Source: Octopus sinensis (lineage: Eukaryota). Taken from it: a stretch of 64,000 bases of DNA. The DNA lies in the NCBI RefSeq assembly GCF_006345805.1, contig NC_043001.1, forward strand, positions 67,394,001 through 67,458,000. Direction: 5' to 3'. Made by a program: the position numbers and the translations under genes. The notes below the pieces were generated by a model. That model saw only the letters and a program-made list of their open reading frames with translations. It ran no database searches and was not told the origin of the DNA. The first letter of the stretch is position 1. Every line of letters begins with the position of its first letter. This document shows positions 38,161 to 52,035 of this stretch, piece by piece.

Positions 38161-39089
38161 GAATATTTCTTTCACTATTTTAAACAAAAAATTATGAACA
38201 TAGAAAAAAAATATACATTAATCTTTATTTTTGTAAGAAGTTGTATGTATGTAGTATTGTTTTAATCGAAATTTATGTAGTATTATTATAATTGAAATGA
38301 AAACAAAATGACATGTTGACAGTCATGGGATGTAATACTATATAGTAAGAGAGACATATATTCAAGCATGTCAGTTGTCACATATGTATATGTATGTGTA
38401 GATGTGTGTTTGAATAACATATCTAATGCAGAAACACACTCACTCAGACACATACACATGTAACTGTAAATACCTTGCAACCTTGCAACTGCTATGTAAA
38501 ATAAGATGATGTTAGTGTTATCGCATTTGAATTAAAATTGAAATTATAAAGGTAAAATAATATTATATCACATTACAAAATAGATCTTATTTTTCATACT
38601 GTAGGTTATCATACCTAGAGTTAATGTTAAGAATGCAAATGTTCATTTACTTTTGCTCTAAATCTCAAAAATTCCATCTCTTCATGTTTGTTTTCAATCA
38701 GCCCTAAATCTGGTAAGTTTTCACCACTCTCCCTCTCTTTTTCATTAACCACTTGCTTTTCCCATATTGATTAGCTACTTTTGTCTCAGCTTCTGCTAGG
38801 GATTAGGGCTGACACAGTGCTTTGCTATTTGTGGTGCACCCGCCCATCCCACCTCCACCATTTATGCCAGAAGTCTTTATCCTCTGACCTCTCCTGGTTG
38901 TCTTTCTCCTCAGCACCTCTAATGGCTTACTATACAGAATGCTTTCCCCTCTCCATCCCTATCTAGTGTCTATCTCCTGTAGAAAATAATGATTACGTAG
39001 TGAATAAAATGATAGAGTAGTGTATGCAGGTTGAAGGCTACTTGTATGTTTATGAGATCTGCCAAATGCAAGCTGTCTTTTCAGATGGA

Positions 39090-41455
39090 TAATGCTACCA
39101 TCCCCCATCCCAGGGTCTCACTGGCCCACACCTTCCACATCCTCAGAGTTGGCACATTGAAGGGTATGTCTGGTAAAATTGTTGAGATGCTTGAACGGAG
39201 ATGTGTAGATTTGTGCTGCATCCAAGAAGTAAGATGGAGAGTAAATTCTGCTAGGTTCCTCACAGGCAAAGAACATAGGTATAAGATTTCCTGGGTAGGG
39301 AACACTGATGGGGTTGAGAGCATGGGTATACTCCTTGTGAAGAAATGGGTTGATAAAGTAATCGAAGTAGTCAGTCTGTGACAGAATACTCAAGCTTAGA
39401 CTAGTGCTGCAACATTATCTCAGCTTATGCTCTTCAGCTAGGGCTACCTGATGAATAGAAAGACTGATTTTATGACACCTTCAGAAAACCTGCCAGTTAC
39501 CTGTTCACCTACCAGTCTGGTGGGTACACAAGTCAGATTGACTACATTCTCACTAGGAAACAGGAAAGACGGCTACTTATAAATGCCAAAACTTTCCCAG
39601 GTGAAGAACACACCCCACAACATAGGTTAGTAGTTAGTGACTTCAGGATATGGGTTAAATGGCTGTCCAGGTGATGAAAATCATGGAGAGGGTCATAACC
39701 CAATTAATTAGGGAGAGAGTTAGTTTAGATGAGATGCAGTTTGAGTTTGTGCTAGCGAGATAGCACCACATGCTATATTTCTGTTAATACAGCTTCAGGA
39801 GAAATTCTTAGCCAAAGATAAACATCAGAACTTGGCCTGACATGGAGTAAGCTTTTGACAAGGTCCCCCGATCCTTTATCTGGTGGTCAATGCAGAAAAT
39901 AGGGATAGATGAGTGCTTGGTGAGAACTATTCAAGCCCTGTACAGGGATGCTGTCAGTAAGATGAGGGTTGGCAACGAGTATACTGAAGAATTCTGGGTA
40001 GAAGTAGGGGTTCACCAAGGATCAGTCCTCAACCCCATTTTATTCATCATAGTCCACCAGGCAATAATAGAGGAATTCAAGACAGGCTGCCCCTGGGAGC
40101 TCCTCTATGCTGATGACCTTGCCCTAGTAGCTGAGTCACTACCAGAACAACAGAAATTCTAGGTGTGGAAGCAAAGTTTAGAATTGAGGGGCCTTAGAGT
40201 CAATCAAGCAAAAACCAAAGAATTAGTAAGTAGGAAGGCAGATGAATCACAAACCCCTTCAGGTAGATGACCTTGTTCGATCTGTAGAAAAGACATAGGT
40301 AGAAACTCCATAAGATGTACCTGGTGTAAGCTATGGACATGTAAGAGGTGCAGCAATATCAAAAGAAGGTTAACTGGGAAGATAGTTTTTGTGTATAGCA
40401 GATGCATAGGGGCAATAAACACCAAAGATATACAGAAAACAGATGCCATCACATGCTAGGGGAAGAAACTAGAAGTAGTTGATAGCTTCTGTTACTTAGG
40501 TGACCAAGTCAGTTGCTAACAAAAGGTCTTTCGCTCAGAGTAAAAGGTAGACTGTATGATGCATGTGTGCGAACAGCCATGCTACATGGCAGTGAAACAT
40601 AAGCTGTGACTGCTGAGGACATGCGTAGGCTTGAAAGAAATGAAGATAGTATGCTCCGCTGGATGTGTAATATCAGTGTGCATATATGACAGAGTGTAAG
40701 TACTCTGAGAGAAAAGTTGGACATAAGAAGCATCACATATGGTGTGTAATAGGGATGACTGTGCTGGTATGGTCATGTATAGATGAGAACAGCTGTGTTA
40801 AGAAGTGTCACACCCTGGTGGAAGGAACCTATGGAAGAGGTAGACCTAGGAATATATGGGATGAGGTAGAGAAGCACAACCTTCAAACGTTGGGCCTCAC
40901 AGAGGCAATGAGAAGTGACCGAGACCTTTGGAGATATACTGTGACAGAGAAGACCTGGCAAGTCAAGTGAAATTGTAGTCATAGCCGATGCCACAGTCGC
41001 ATAACTGTTTAAAAGCATCCTTCAATCATTGGGTAATATGCTCTGCTTGAGAAGACCTGTTGAGTCAAGTGAAATCGAAATCATAGTCATGGCCGATGCC
41101 AGTGTCACCTGACTGGCACCCATGCCAGTGACACGTAAAAAGTACCATTCAAGCGTGGTCGATGCCATTGCCACCTGACTGGCTCTCATGCTGGTGGCAT
41201 GTAAAAAGCACCATTTGAGCATGGTTGATGCCAGTGCCACCTGACTGGCTCCCATGCTGGTGGCACATAAAAAGTACCCATTACACTCTCAGAGAGGTTG
41301 GCATTAGGAAGGGCATCCAGCTGTAGAAACTTTAGCAGATTAGATTGGAGCCTGGTGCTGCCTCCTGGCTTGCCGGTCCTCAGTCAAACTGTCCAACCCA
41401 TGCCAGCAGGGAAAGCGGACGTTTTACACTGATGATGATGAGGATGATGATGATG
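39090..41455 (+). mobile_element. Internally deleted, decayed RTE LINE (APE, RT, C-terminus, 3' UTR)
   Basis: LRVGTLKGMSGKIVEMLERRCVDLCCIQEVRW (APE); GVHQGSVLNPILF and ELLYADDL (RT); 66-bp units at 41095, 41161 and 41227. Confidence 0.92.
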
Positions 41456-41959
41456 ATATTTTTCATCTGGGAAAAAAATCCCTTTATAGGTGTATTCTGC
41501 TGAAAAATTCAATATCACCCTGGAAATGATCATGGGAGCAACAGATACACATTTCATAATTTTTTCAGCTTGTCAATGCCACATAGTGGTGTCACTTTTG
41601 AAATAAAGTCAGATTGACCAGTCCTAAATATATATAAAAGTGTGCAATGATGTCACTTAGGCTGAATAAAATTCAAATTATGCAATGGAATTTTTTGAGA
41701 CAATATGTCTATAAAGAGATGTTTTCCTGAACGAAAACTGCAGCTCCTAGATTTTCAACGATACATATGCTATGTCATATAAAGATTTTACTGTAAAGCT
41801 GCTTTCATTGCATGCGTATATGATGATTGCTTTATCTTGACAGATGATAGCTGTCCCATCAACCCCCCACCCTCCATCACACTACACAATCACTCCGTTG
41901 ATGAGCCCTTAGATGACTGCTGCTGACTGACAGGGTTTAAAACACAAGTAACAGATATT

Positions 41960-42400
41960 ATTTAAGTTTCTTTTATATCTTTGCCCTTTGGAATCTGATT
42001 CTGAAGGAATGTTTTGGTGGACTAGCATATGTCTTTTAAGTCCAGATATTGCCTTACAAGTTTTGTGACATATGACACAAATCATAAGAGGTGGTTGTTC
42101 AAGATTATTACCTATCCGTGCATTTCAACTTTCATGTGACATCATATGAATCACATATCCTGCTTTTGACAGCAGAACACAATCATATGCTTTGTGGTTG
42201 TTTTAAATCCTTTAGCAAATCACTTCTAATTGCAAACCCAACACCACCTTCCCTTTTTACTCCCTTTGGCTTCCCAACTCAGAGTAATATAAAACCTGCC
42301 GCTGTTTCGACAAGATGATCTTCATCTGAACATCTTGTTTCAGAAAGAGCTGCAATATCAACATTAAGATGCTCCTATACTTTCATTTCAAAACAGGAGC
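41960..42400 (-). mobile_element. RTE apurinic-endonuclease fragment
   Basis: Minus strand LNVDIAALSETRCSDEDHL..GKPKGVKREGGVGFAIRSDLL. Confidence 0.8.
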
Positions 42401-42414
42401 CTGATTTTCCCCCA

Positions 42415-42555
42415 TCAAACAGTCATGATTTTAATAGTGCAGCCAATTAAGAGGACTGTCATAAATTCAGGAGAAGGAAACTTTGACATAAAAGCAGGTT
42501 ATAATTTATGACAGTCCTCTTAATTGGCTGCACTATTAAAATCGTGACTGTTTGA
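42415..42555. repeat. 53-bp inverted repeat with 35-nt loop
   Basis: 42415-42467 versus 42503-42555, one mismatch (a U-G wobble on a + transcript). Confidence 0.95.
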
Positions 42556-42821
42556 ATGAGCCACATCTACCCCACCCCACAGAAATTATATATACATATG
42601 TACACATAAAAAAAAAGAAAAAAGATATAAAAGATGAAATTTTCAAAATTTAAAACTCTTTAAAAGTTAAAAGAAAAAAATTTTGAATTAAGAATACAAA
42701 TAAGTAAAATTGAATAAATAAATATATATATATATTTGTCAATGCAAACAGGAAAAATAGAAGTAAAAAAAAGCAGAAGTAACAGAGTCACTCTGTTACT
42801 TCTGTTTAATATTAATATATA

Positions 42822-42860
<39 letters not shown>

Positions 42861-42886
42861 TATATATATATATCTATATATATATA

Positions 42887-42932
<46 letters not shown>

Positions 42933-43531
42933 GGAGAGAGAGAGAGAGCATGATGGTTTCCTCTTGTGTTCCTTCTTCTTTGTCTCAATCCTAATCTCTG
43001 GTAATTCTTTCTCTAAATATGGTTCCAGGTTATGAACACATTATTACTGGCACAGTTTATATATAAGATTATTAAAATATTTTGGGAGATTTCAATGTTA
43101 TCCTTGCTATTATTATATTCATGAAGTATTTTTTCTTCTAAAAATTCCAATCAATACAAATTCTATCTGCTTAGATAATCATTTTATTCGATCAAAAATT
43201 GATTTTTCACTTTTATGATTTTTTTTCCTCCAAATTCCATTGTCCTCTAAAATAATTTTTTCAAAGCTAATATTGTCATGATGTTTGAAATCTTTATTTT
43301 TCAGTTAGATATCATATTTACAGTTTGGTGCATTGGATAAAATACTTTACAGTATTTCCTCCCATTCTACAATCTGAGTTCAAATCCTACTGATGCTAAT
43401 TTTTGCCATTGATTCTTCCAGAATCAATAATGTTCCAGTCAAGTACTGTGGTGGATTTAACTGACTAACAACTCAACCTAAATTTGTGGCCTTATTCCTA
43501 TGATTGAATTTGTGGCCTTATTCCTATGATA

Positions 43532-44484
43532 GGATTTTCTTCTGGTCGAGTAACCCATCCTGCTCAAAAGGTCCCTGAATAAGGATTGTTTAAGGATGTT
43601 GAATGAAACACCCACGTTTCCAGAGGTGAATTATCCAAACCTCTAAGAATTCCTTTCAATACACGGCTATGATGCTCCCCCACTACATCTGCTCGTGATC
43701 AGAGATACATATATCATCAGCCACTTAGGGACGTGGTCAACTGGTTATGGTCAAACAACTGACAAGCAAATATGTGGTATTGAGCAGAATATTTACTGTA
43801 GCCCATCTTTTATACCAAGACAAAACAATGCACATGATGACGCTTCCAATCACTTAAGATCAGCAGCCATGAGAGCCACTGCCTGGTACTGCATCAGGGC
43901 ATTATTATTATTATTATTGTTATTATTATTATTATTCAGTAGTTTTATTTTTATAGCGTGCTTTCACTTCACTACCGAGCGCAGCTCTGTGTGCCTTGGG
44001 TATGTGCTGTGATTTGTTGTGATGCTCTGATGGTTATTGTATGGAAAGTGTTCTGCGTAGGATGTGTGCAGTGCCTAGTAGTGCAATTTTCTGTATGTTA
44101 TATGTGTTTGTAAGTCCTAGTGTTTTTGTTATGTATTTGTCTGAATATTTTTTTATCATGCCTAATGCACCTACTATGATAGGAATTGTTTCTGTTTTCA
44201 GATTTCACATTCTAGTTACCTCTATTTCCAGGTCTTTGTATTTTGAGAGTTTCTCCATTTCTTTTAGAGACACGTTGTCATCTGCCGGTATTGATACATC
44301 AATTAGAAGGCATTTTTTTTCTTCATGATCTCTGACAACTATATCTGGTCTGTTGGCCTTAATTTCTCTATCTGTGTGTATCGGCATATCCCAGAGTATG
44401 GTTGCTTTCTCGTTTTCTGTGACCTTTTCTGGTGTGTGTCTATACCATCTTTTTTCTGTTGTTATTCCATAATTATTATTATTA

Positions 44485-44550
<66 letters not shown>

Positions 44551-45197
44551 TTGAGTGAGTGAGCAGTTCATGCCATCAAAGTGACACTGGGGTAAAATAT
44601 ACGAAGCCCAATATACCCATCATGACTACCCGTCTGATAAGGGTACACCAGGCACATGCATCACAACCATATGTGCATGACATGGTGATCTCATATCAAG
44701 ATAAACAGCACATGAGCTTGCAGGTGGGGCCCAGTTAGAATTTTCTTCAGGTTGAGTAGCCCATCCCGCTCAAAAGGTCCCTAAATAAGGGTTGTTTAAG
44801 GATGTTGAAAGAACCGCCCATGTTTCCAGAGGTGAATTATTCAAACCCCAAAGAATCCCTCTCAACACATGGCTATGATGCTCCCCCATTATTATTATTA
44901 TTATTATTATCATTATTATTATTATTTTATTATTATTATTATATTATTATTATTATTATTCAGTAGTTTTATTTTTATATCGTGCTTTCTCTTCACTACC
45001 GAGCGCAGCTCTATGTGCCTTGGGTATGTGCTGTGGTTTGTTGAGATACTCTTATGGTTACTGTATTGAAAGTATCTTGTGTAGGATGTGCGCAGTACCC
45101 AGTAGTGAAATTTGTATATGTTATATACATTTGAAAGTTCTGGTGTTCTTGTTGTGTATTTGTCTGGATATTTTTTTATCATACCTAATGCACCTAC

Positions 45198-45200
<3 letters not shown>
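43532..45200 (-). mobile_element. Tandem array of Dong 3' fragments and element-X fragments separated by (TAA)n
   Basis: Dong REL/3' UTR at 43937-44468 (ANRPDIVVRD..CLLIDVSIP..KLSKYKDLEIE) and 44961-45198; X at 43532-43900 and 44553-44888. Confidence 0.88.
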
Positions 45201-45289
<89 letters not shown>

Positions 45290-45294
<5 letters not shown>

Positions 45295-47620
45295 TATTTG
45301 ATAGTTTCAGGAAGATTTCTACTGCTTCACCAGCTACTCCTCCATGTTGCTAGGGTTTAGTTGAAGTCTTTTGTTGTACTAGTGTTTGTATTGTGTGTTG
45401 TGTGAGTGATGCTAGTGTGAGTGTTGTTCCTCTGTTGGGTATCTGGCCTGTTGAGTACATGTTGTAGGGATTGTTTAAGTTCTAATCCCGTATCCCAAAA
45501 AGCAATGTCCTTGTGCCTATATTAGAAAGAAATGTTTAACTGACTCCCTATCAAATTATGTAACCTTCAATAGATAGTAGATTCTGTAGAATATTTGCTG
45601 TTCCCAAAAGTGTTGTCTAGTGCAATGTCATAAAGCTAGAACAGATTCCAATTGGATCAAGGTGTTTCTGAATGTCTTTCGTCACTGATCCAAGTGATCC
45701 AATCTCAATTCTCTTGGCATCTTTTCTCAAACCTTTTCTTATATTCTTTACCACTGATATAAAGATCTCCTGGACAAAATGCATTGATCAACAAGCACCT
45801 TGTATGTTCAAGAACTTTATCTGTCTGGATTGTAAAGCCCCACAAGAGTTTCCCTGTCTGATTTTCTAAGACCTTCTCTAGTTTGTGCAGATACTACTTC
45901 TCAGTGATTGGAATCCCGTATTTCTTGCATAAAGACAATGGAAGTGCAAACACACTTTATCATGACGCCTTTTATATTCTCTCTGTGTATGAATGTCACT
46001 AACACTCAATGTATGTCACACTTTCCATCTTCTTCCCACATAACCTACACTTGTTTCATCTGGGTTATGCATATTCCTTAGTGAGTTTGTGTTTAGTGCT
46101 TGACCCTAAACAGCAATCAACAAACTTTCTGTCTCTCTCTTAAGACCACCTTTTATCAACCATTTTCATGAAGATTCTGCTTTTACTTCTTTCATTTGTC
46201 TTTCAAACTGACCATGTAATTCCTTGCTGTCTCTCATACTCAATTTCTCGACGAGCAACTTCTGTTTGTAATTTTCTTTACTTCCAAAAGTCTCAGTGCA
46301 TAAGACTACTTTTGGAAACATATCTTGAAATTTCTTCTCTTCTACTGGTCAAATAAAAATTTAAAGACCTGCATTCACTAGCCACACAATTTTTCACATG
46401 TATAAGTCCTCATCTTCCTTTCTTCAATGTATATAGCCTTATAACATTTGCCTTTGGGTGCATTGTACCATTGTCAACCATTTTCCTTCGTTTTAAACTA
46501 TCAAACTTCTCTGTCTCTTCTTTGGTCCAATTCAAAATAGCTGCACTATATCCAATAACCAGCACAACCCAGACTTTGATAGCAATAATCAAGTTTTTCC
46601 CATGCAACTTCATTTTCAGTAGCAGCTCCAACCTGTTTAGATAAACTTCCTTCACATTTCTTTTCATTTTATCATTTAGAACTTTGTCCATTTCCAAAAT
46701 ATCCAGATTTTTGTACCCAATATCCTCAGGGTCACCAATTGACTCTCCATCATGTAACTCAATCCTACTACTACATACACATTTACATCTTCATAGTCAG
46801 AGTGGCGCTCTTTGCAGTACCAACTCTAGCCCAGTGTCTTTACAATGCCAAAGTTCTGGCCAGTGAACCAACCTGTGATTCATTCCTGCCAGAGAACTTC
46901 AGATCATCCATGAAAAGTAGATAATTGTTATTAGGTTCCCTATTTTCAGTCTGATAGCTAATATCTGTCTCCTGTAAGATCATCGATAATGGAACCAAGG
47001 CAATCACAAAGAGCAATGGTGAAAATTAAGCTTCTGGGAATATTCTTGTTTTTATACTGACAACACCTAGGTGTTTATTTCCTGTATACAGATTTGTTTT
47101 CCACAGAGGCATGCTAGACTCAATTTCTTTAATAATACCATCTGATGTTCCAAACATTCTCAAACATTTTAGTACCCATGAATGTGGGATCATGTTAAGG
47201 GCTTTCTAAAAATCTAACCAAGCTACATCCCCTCTATTCAACAGACAGTATCTCATTCTGAAGCAGGTGATCATACACTTTTGCAGCAAAGCTGCCTGTC
47301 AACAATTTCCCAAGCAAATTCATGCACACAATTTGGCTGTAATATCCAGCTAACAGCCCCTTCGTTTTATCCTTCATTAACAAAGTTGTCTTCTCTTCAA
47401 CCAACCAACTTGGAACTTCCCTTTATACTATAATCATTTACATGCTTTCCTAGTCTTGAATGAACACTTTTTTAATCTTTACAATCAAAATTCTTGGATC
47501 CTGTTCAGTCCAGAAGATTTCCAGTTTGGCATTTTCCTAACTTGTTCTTGAATGTCTTCCTTTGCAATTCTTTCCCATCTCTGTTTTAGCAGATTAAATA
47601 ACTTAATCTCAACTTTATTT
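45290..47620 (-). mobile_element. Decayed R4/Dong-clade LINE (RT, CCHC and REL remnants)
   Basis: Minus strand NYLLFMDDLKF (about 46905-46940); YLNRLELLLKMKLHGKNLIIAIKVW..LNWTKEE..MHPKANVIRLY (46410-46697); LLGTANILQ near 45600. Confidence 0.85.
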
Positions 47621-47644
47621 ACTATCATTATCATTATTATTATT

Positions 47645-48280
47645 ATTAAGGTAGTGAGTGGGCAGAATTGTTAGCATGCCAAGCAAAATGCTTTGCAGCA
47701 TTTCATCTGTCCTTAGATTCTGAATTCAAATTCCACTAAGGCTGACTTTGCTTTTTTATCCTTTCGGGGTCGATGAAATAAGTACCAATGAAACACTGGG
47801 GTCGATGTAATCAACTAGCCCCCTCCCCCAAAATTTCAGGCCTTGTGTCAATCGTAGAAAAGATTATCATTATTATCGTTATTATTAAGGTGGCGAGCTG
47901 GCAGAATCATTAGCATGCTGGGCAAAATGCTTAGTGATGTTTCTTCTGCTGCTACATTCTGAGTTCAAATTTTGCCATGGTCAATTTTGTCTTTCATCCT
48001 TAAGTACCAGTTGAACACTGAGGTCAATGTAATTGACACATCCCCTCCCCCAAAATGGCTGCTCTTGTAGCAAAATTTGAAACCGTTATTATCATTATTA
48101 TTAAGGTGGTGAGACGGCAGAATCATTAGAATGCCAGGCAAAATGCTAAGCAATATTTCATCCATCTTTACATTCTGAGTTCAAATTCCATTAAGGCTGA
48201 CTTTGCTTTTCATCTTTTTGGAATCAATAAAATAAGTACCAGTTGAGTACCATAGTGGTACTTGCACCAAAATTTGAAAC

Positions 48281-48285
<5 letters not shown>
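47645..48285 (+). mobile_element. Three tandem family-B SINE copies separated by (TTA)n
   Basis: Heads aaggtagtgagtgggcag (47645), aaggtggcgagctggcag (47885) and aaggtggtgagacggcag (48105). Confidence 0.85.
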
Positions 48286-48332
<47 letters not shown>

Positions 48333-49064
48333 TTTTCTCAACTATTTGCATTATTTTGAGGCAATCTGGGTTAGTTATAATTAGTTTTCAATTTATATAA
48401 AACAATAAAGAAGAGGCAATCAAGCAGGTGAGTCATGGTTTTGGACTGTTCCACACTCATAGAAAGGGATTCGACACAATGTTCCCATTTGCTTTGATGT
48501 CTCTACTTAGACCAAATCCAATTTCTGCCAGTTCTATTTTCAAATAATACACAAAAACAGGTGGGTTTGAATGAATGAATTACGTGACAATTTGCATAAT
48601 TACTCAAAACAGACTGTAACCATATAAAATCTTTACTGAATGTATTATATGTGTGTCTGTTTGTTTGTGCATTTACACACATATTTTTGAGTGTGTGTGT
48701 ATACATACATACAAATACACACACACACACTCACATATATAGACGTATACATATTTGCATGTGCACAAGTATGTCTGTGTCTGTGTGCATTTCTAAATGG
48801 TTTTCTTTTTACCATTCCCCTTGCAGCTTCTTTTGATTATCCTCGATGTCATTCTCTGTCTTGCTGAAATTATGTTTCAAACCAGCTTTCCTTTTATCAT
48901 ATCTCCACAATTCTTCCACTGAAAATGATGTTGTCATCGAGATATAATTGGTTTGAGATTCCAGTGGAGTCCCTTAAGGATATTTATATATTTATTTTAA
49001 TATCTATCTGGACATATAGACTATGTTGCTTCCAGTATATTTAATCTAGATATCTGACAATACA

Positions 49065-49154
<90 letters not shown>

Positions 49155-50104
49155 TGTACGTGATTGTAATTTATGCATGTCCACAAATTAGCACACATGT
49201 CGCTCCAATTTTAGGAGGACATTCGTGAATATCCTACCTGGGTTTTGTCAACTTATTTTCTTTCCGAGGCACCCACGGATACAGGTAAAAATCTATTTTC
49301 AGCCATAGCTTTTACCTATTTTGAAGGTTGAAAACATGAGTTAAGTCCCTTCCAGCCATAGCCAAGCAAAAGTGTGTGTGTGAGGGAGAGAGAGAAGTTG
49401 TGCATTGATGTATATGTGTGTGTGTGAGGGAGAGAGAGTGTTTCTCAATGTCTAACAAAAATAGTAAAGAAAAAGTATATGTAAGGAAGAGAGATAGTTT
49501 GACGGCGTCTAACAAAAAAAAAGGTAAAGACAAAGTGAGAGAGAGAAAGAGAGATAGAGAGAAAGAAAGAGAAGGAGAGGGAGAGTAAGTCACAGCGTTC
49601 ATAAAATATAAAATGTAAAATGTTTTGTTTTTTCTTAAACACGAGATATAGTGTTCAAATTTAGGATGTTTTTGAAAGACACTATATTTTATAATCAGAG
49701 TATATATACTTTCTCACACAACAATTACAATATATTTATTTTAAATCATTTATTTATTTTAAATCATTCATCTTTCTCCCACCACTCTCTCACACATATA
49801 TTACTTTGGGTGCGAAAGAGTTTTGTTTTTATTTTACGCTGAGTTAAAAAGTGTTTTGTTGAGAATCCATTTATTTAACATATCAGCACTGTCTTTCAAA
49901 TATCTCATGAACATTACAAACACCTGACAGCAAAGCCTTCAAGCATATAACAGAAGTTATCTTTATTTCCTTAAATAACCCTACCAATTTCAACGGATTT
50001 AGCCCCAATTTGACGTTGATATTACTTAGTTTGGTTTGAAAAAAAGAACTTGATTAGCTTAATAATCGTAACTTAATCCCGGGCAAGGCCGGGTTATACT
50101 GCTA

Positions 50105-50105
<1 letters not shown>
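49065..50105 (+). mobile_element. Non-autonomous Helitron (5' boundary uncertain)
   Basis: 3' hairpin cccgggcaaggccggg (50078-50093) followed by CTAG|T (50102-50105). Confidence 0.65.
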
Positions 50106-50144
<39 letters not shown>

Positions 50145-52035
50145 AATGTCAGTGGTGAATATAGATTCATTTTTCCATAAGACTTCCGTATGTTTACAGC
50201 TATTTCATAACCTTCCTCATGTAGTATTATTAATTTCAGTGTGCAAAATTATAGAATTGTATGATTTCTTTTAGGGTTTGTTTATTGATACAAATAACGA
50301 AAGCCACCTAATTAGAACATCATGGGTACATCTACAATTCAACTCTAAGTAGTCACACAAAATTCACCCTTTATATATACCATGTATAGGAGGCCAGAAT
50401 TGGAAACAACAGTAAAAATGAAATAGACTTATATCATAGTACTCTTCTTTACAGAAGAATTTCACATGCTGCTGACTAATGGAATAATTTGGTATTTTGA
50501 CACAGAGCCCCTGTTATGTTTAGGGATTACAGACACAAATCTTACAGTGGTTTGAAAATAAATCACAAATTAAACAGGTAAAATAGACAAGATACAGGGC
50601 CTGGTTATTTCTATGTAATAATTTTTCAGGACTTTGGTAGGAATTTGACCAGAACTAGTGACTTTATTAGGTAGAGATTTCACATTCGCTTCCTGATTTT
50701 CTTTGCTTTGGAGCTCACACTCTTTTATCTGAAAGTACCCTCAAGAATTATGGCCTGTTGTGATCGGTATTTTGTACAAGGAAATTTTCTACCAAAGCTG
50801 GCAAAAGATATTGATCTTATCTTTTTTTCTTATATCATCTTGTGAGTACTGTTGTACTGAACAAATTAATGAAGGTATGGCAAGTTGTTTCAGCAAGAGA
50901 GGGTGTTAGAAGGCAAAAAAAATATTGAAAGAGAAAGAAGAGGGAGAGAGGGGGAGAGCAAGAGAGTTTACTGTACTCCACCATTTCTTCCTGCTGATGA
51001 TGCCACTTGCTTTGTTTTTGTTTTAGTCTGACATCATAATTCCCATGTTTGATTGTGATCGTGCCTTGCTTTCAAAAACTATTATTTGTTCTCTGAGGTA
51101 TTCTTTCTCCTCTTTAGTTCATGTAACCATTTCTGATTCCATTTCTATGATGTACAGAAGATTCATTCTATACATATAAGACACATTCTATCATTCATTC
51201 ATATGTATCTACGAACACATACACATTTGTTTTTAATTATAAAAGTCAACAGCAAAAACGATGATGATGATGATGATGCTGATAAGATAATACCAATAAT
51301 AAATTCTTGAGATGTCATCTTCTCCCAGACTGACATTTATTTTCTGGAGTAAATACACAAACTAGAAAACACAATCAAAGGTCGTTCTCTCCCTACTTCC
51401 TCCCACCTTTTTGTTCTTCTCAATTCTACAGAAATTCAAAAGACACCACACCAGGAACATCTATGTTTTTTGACATATCTTATTTCAACGGCTGATAAAA
51501 AGTTTGAAATAATATTTACCCTGCCTTAAACATTTGATATTTAGTCTGTCTAAAATATCTTTATACCTTCAGTTGTTTTGTCCTCTTTATTCTATAAACA
51601 TAGATGAAGTTAAATGATTATCAGGCTTAGAGAAAAGATTGAAAGTTGAAGAGTGGAACTCACAGCTTGAATTTACAAATTCAGGTTTACTATTTTTCTT
51701 TTAATTTTTTTTTCTTTAAATTATAATGGATGTGATGAAAGGAATTGGAAAACCCTGAACAAACTTTGGCTGCTTTTATTGAAGTTAACAGGAAGTTGTT
51801 CTCTCTCACTCTCTCTTACCTATCTCACACTACTATCTATATACATTTGCATGTACAGGAACAAGTAAATGTATGCATGCATGTATGCACACACACACAC
51901 ATATATACACACACATATATATGTACATACATATACACACACACATACATACACACACACACACACACATATATATATGTAAATACATACATACATATAT
52001 ATGTACACACGCACATACATATATGTGCATACATA

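Noticed and set aside
48827-48922. Strong acceptor followed by LLLIILDVILCLAEIMF, resembling a voltage-sensor S1 helix
   Set aside because: No donor before the stop; the hydrophobicity is explained by the antisense of a purine-rich tract.
50630-50874. Exon-like segments 50630-50670 and about 50736-50874
   Set aside because: Their phases are incompatible with each other, and the minus strand reads KSLPNKVTSSGQIPTKVLK..EITRP, resembling a decayed LINE RT.
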